Of a stretch of DNA of 55,751 nt, positions 55,035-55,751 are shown in pieces. Source of the stretch: a virus. Its lineage: Duplodnaviria > Caudoviricetes. Location: positions 1-55,751 of the IMG/VR virus record IMGVR_UViG_3300048888_000044; one strand, given 5' to 3'. Position 1 is the first letter of the stretch, and every line of letters begins with the position of its first letter. A program made the position numbers and the translations under genes. The notes under the pieces were generated by a model, which worked only from the letters and a program-made list of their open reading frames with translations, searched no databases and was not told the origin of the DNA.

Positions 55035-55604
55035 ATGAGAACAAAAATTACTTCGCTGATCGCTGGCGTCATTACCCTGTTTTCTTTCACGGCTCTGTCT
55101 CAGACCAGCACGAATCCACCGCCTGCTTCCACTTCCATATTTGAGGATATTGGAAACGGTCTCGGATCAGTCACCAACTGGGCCGGCAATCTTTATCTCA
55201 CCTACGCTGCGGACGCGCCCACGCATGTCGGTGGTGGATTGCTCGCGCTCTACAACGTCAACAACAACGTCGGAGCCGGACTCGGTATAGACTGGCTGGG
55301 CGAGTTCAATCTTGTCTCCGCTGACGTGACGCTAAAGCTGCCCATTCACCCTCTCGCTGGACTTGGTTTCTCCAACATTGTCACAACTCCGTTTGTGATC
55401 GGCGGCATTGCCACTCCGATGAGTGGCGCCGGTAAAGCCAACGGTAACATTGCGAGCATCGAAGGAGCAGGAATTGAAATCGACTTCCTGAAGTGGAAGT
55501 CAGTGTCGATCGGTGGTGGTTACGCTTTCGTGAACTGGACTGGAGCAGGGGCTTATTCAGGAAAGCATCACGAGGTATTTGTAAGCTTTCACAAAGGATT
55601 TTAG
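55035..55604 (+). CDS. Putative outer-membrane beta-barrel protein
   Basis: Signal peptide, Gly/aromatic alternating strands, terminal Phe (VSFHKGF). Confidence 0.6.
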   Translation: MRTKITSLIAGVITLFSFTALSQTSTNPPPASTSIFEDIGNGLGSVTNWAGNLYLTYAADAPTHVGGGLLALYNVNNNVGAGLGIDWLGEFNLVSADVTLKLPIHPLAGLGFSNIVTTPFVIGGIATPMSGAGKANGNIASIEGAGIEIDFLKWKSVSIGGGYAFVNWTGAGAYSGKHHEVFVSFHKGF

Positions 55605-55632
55605 TTCGGCGGCGAAAGCCCCACCTGCGACT

Positions 55633-55664
55633 CCCGCCGTGGATTTTTCTGCGGCGGGTTTTTT
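55633..55664 (+). terminator. Rho-independent terminator
   Basis: CCCGCCG...CGGCGGG followed by T6. Confidence 0.8.
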
Positions 55665-55751
55665 ATGGCATCCTCTCGCCTAAAGTGAACGGCCATTCAG
55701 TGTCCTTGAATCCAACGTCCTGATCCCCCTCGTCATCTTCGTCGGAAGGGA

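Larger units (their letters stand above)
1..55751. mobile_element. Complete (circular assembly) tailed bacteriophage genome, podovirus-like
   Basis: TerL, portal, major capsid, scaffold, tail/ejection-like genes, rep/DnaC, RecT; end overlap; no host housekeeping genes. Confidence 0.93.

Noticed and set aside
55734-55751. 18-nt end repeat as biological terminal repeat or att core
   Set aside because: Most simply an assembly overlap; no host flanks or integrase.

Overview
Apparently complete, circularly permuted ~55.7 kb dsDNA tailed-phage genome (the first 18 nt repeat at the end). It is podovirus-like: terminase, portal, scaffold, major capsid, tail-tubular and ejection-type proteins are present, with no tape measure. 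A C-terminal STNLxxW...FFRL motif suggests a Verrucomicrobia host. The standout feature is a phage-borne, integrase-less integron-like system: 11 attC-like sites in two arrays (25085-26002 and 29484-33366) delimit 10 cassettes, each with 9-13 bp mutually complementary ends. The larger array ends at an attI-like simple site. Its 8 cassettes carry genes inverted relative to classical cassettes and co-oriented with the phage operon; several start inside their own attC and end in the neighbouring one. Cargo includes a Tad1-like anti-defence protein and two DNA methyltransferases. Also present: RecT/PolX/Cas4-like recombination genes, a rep + DnaC-like module with an upstream iteron region, several glycosyl/methyltransferases, an ATP-grasp enzyme, a nested overprinted DUF3008-like gene and a tRNA-like RNA. 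All functional calls come from motif recognition by eye; no database searches were run.
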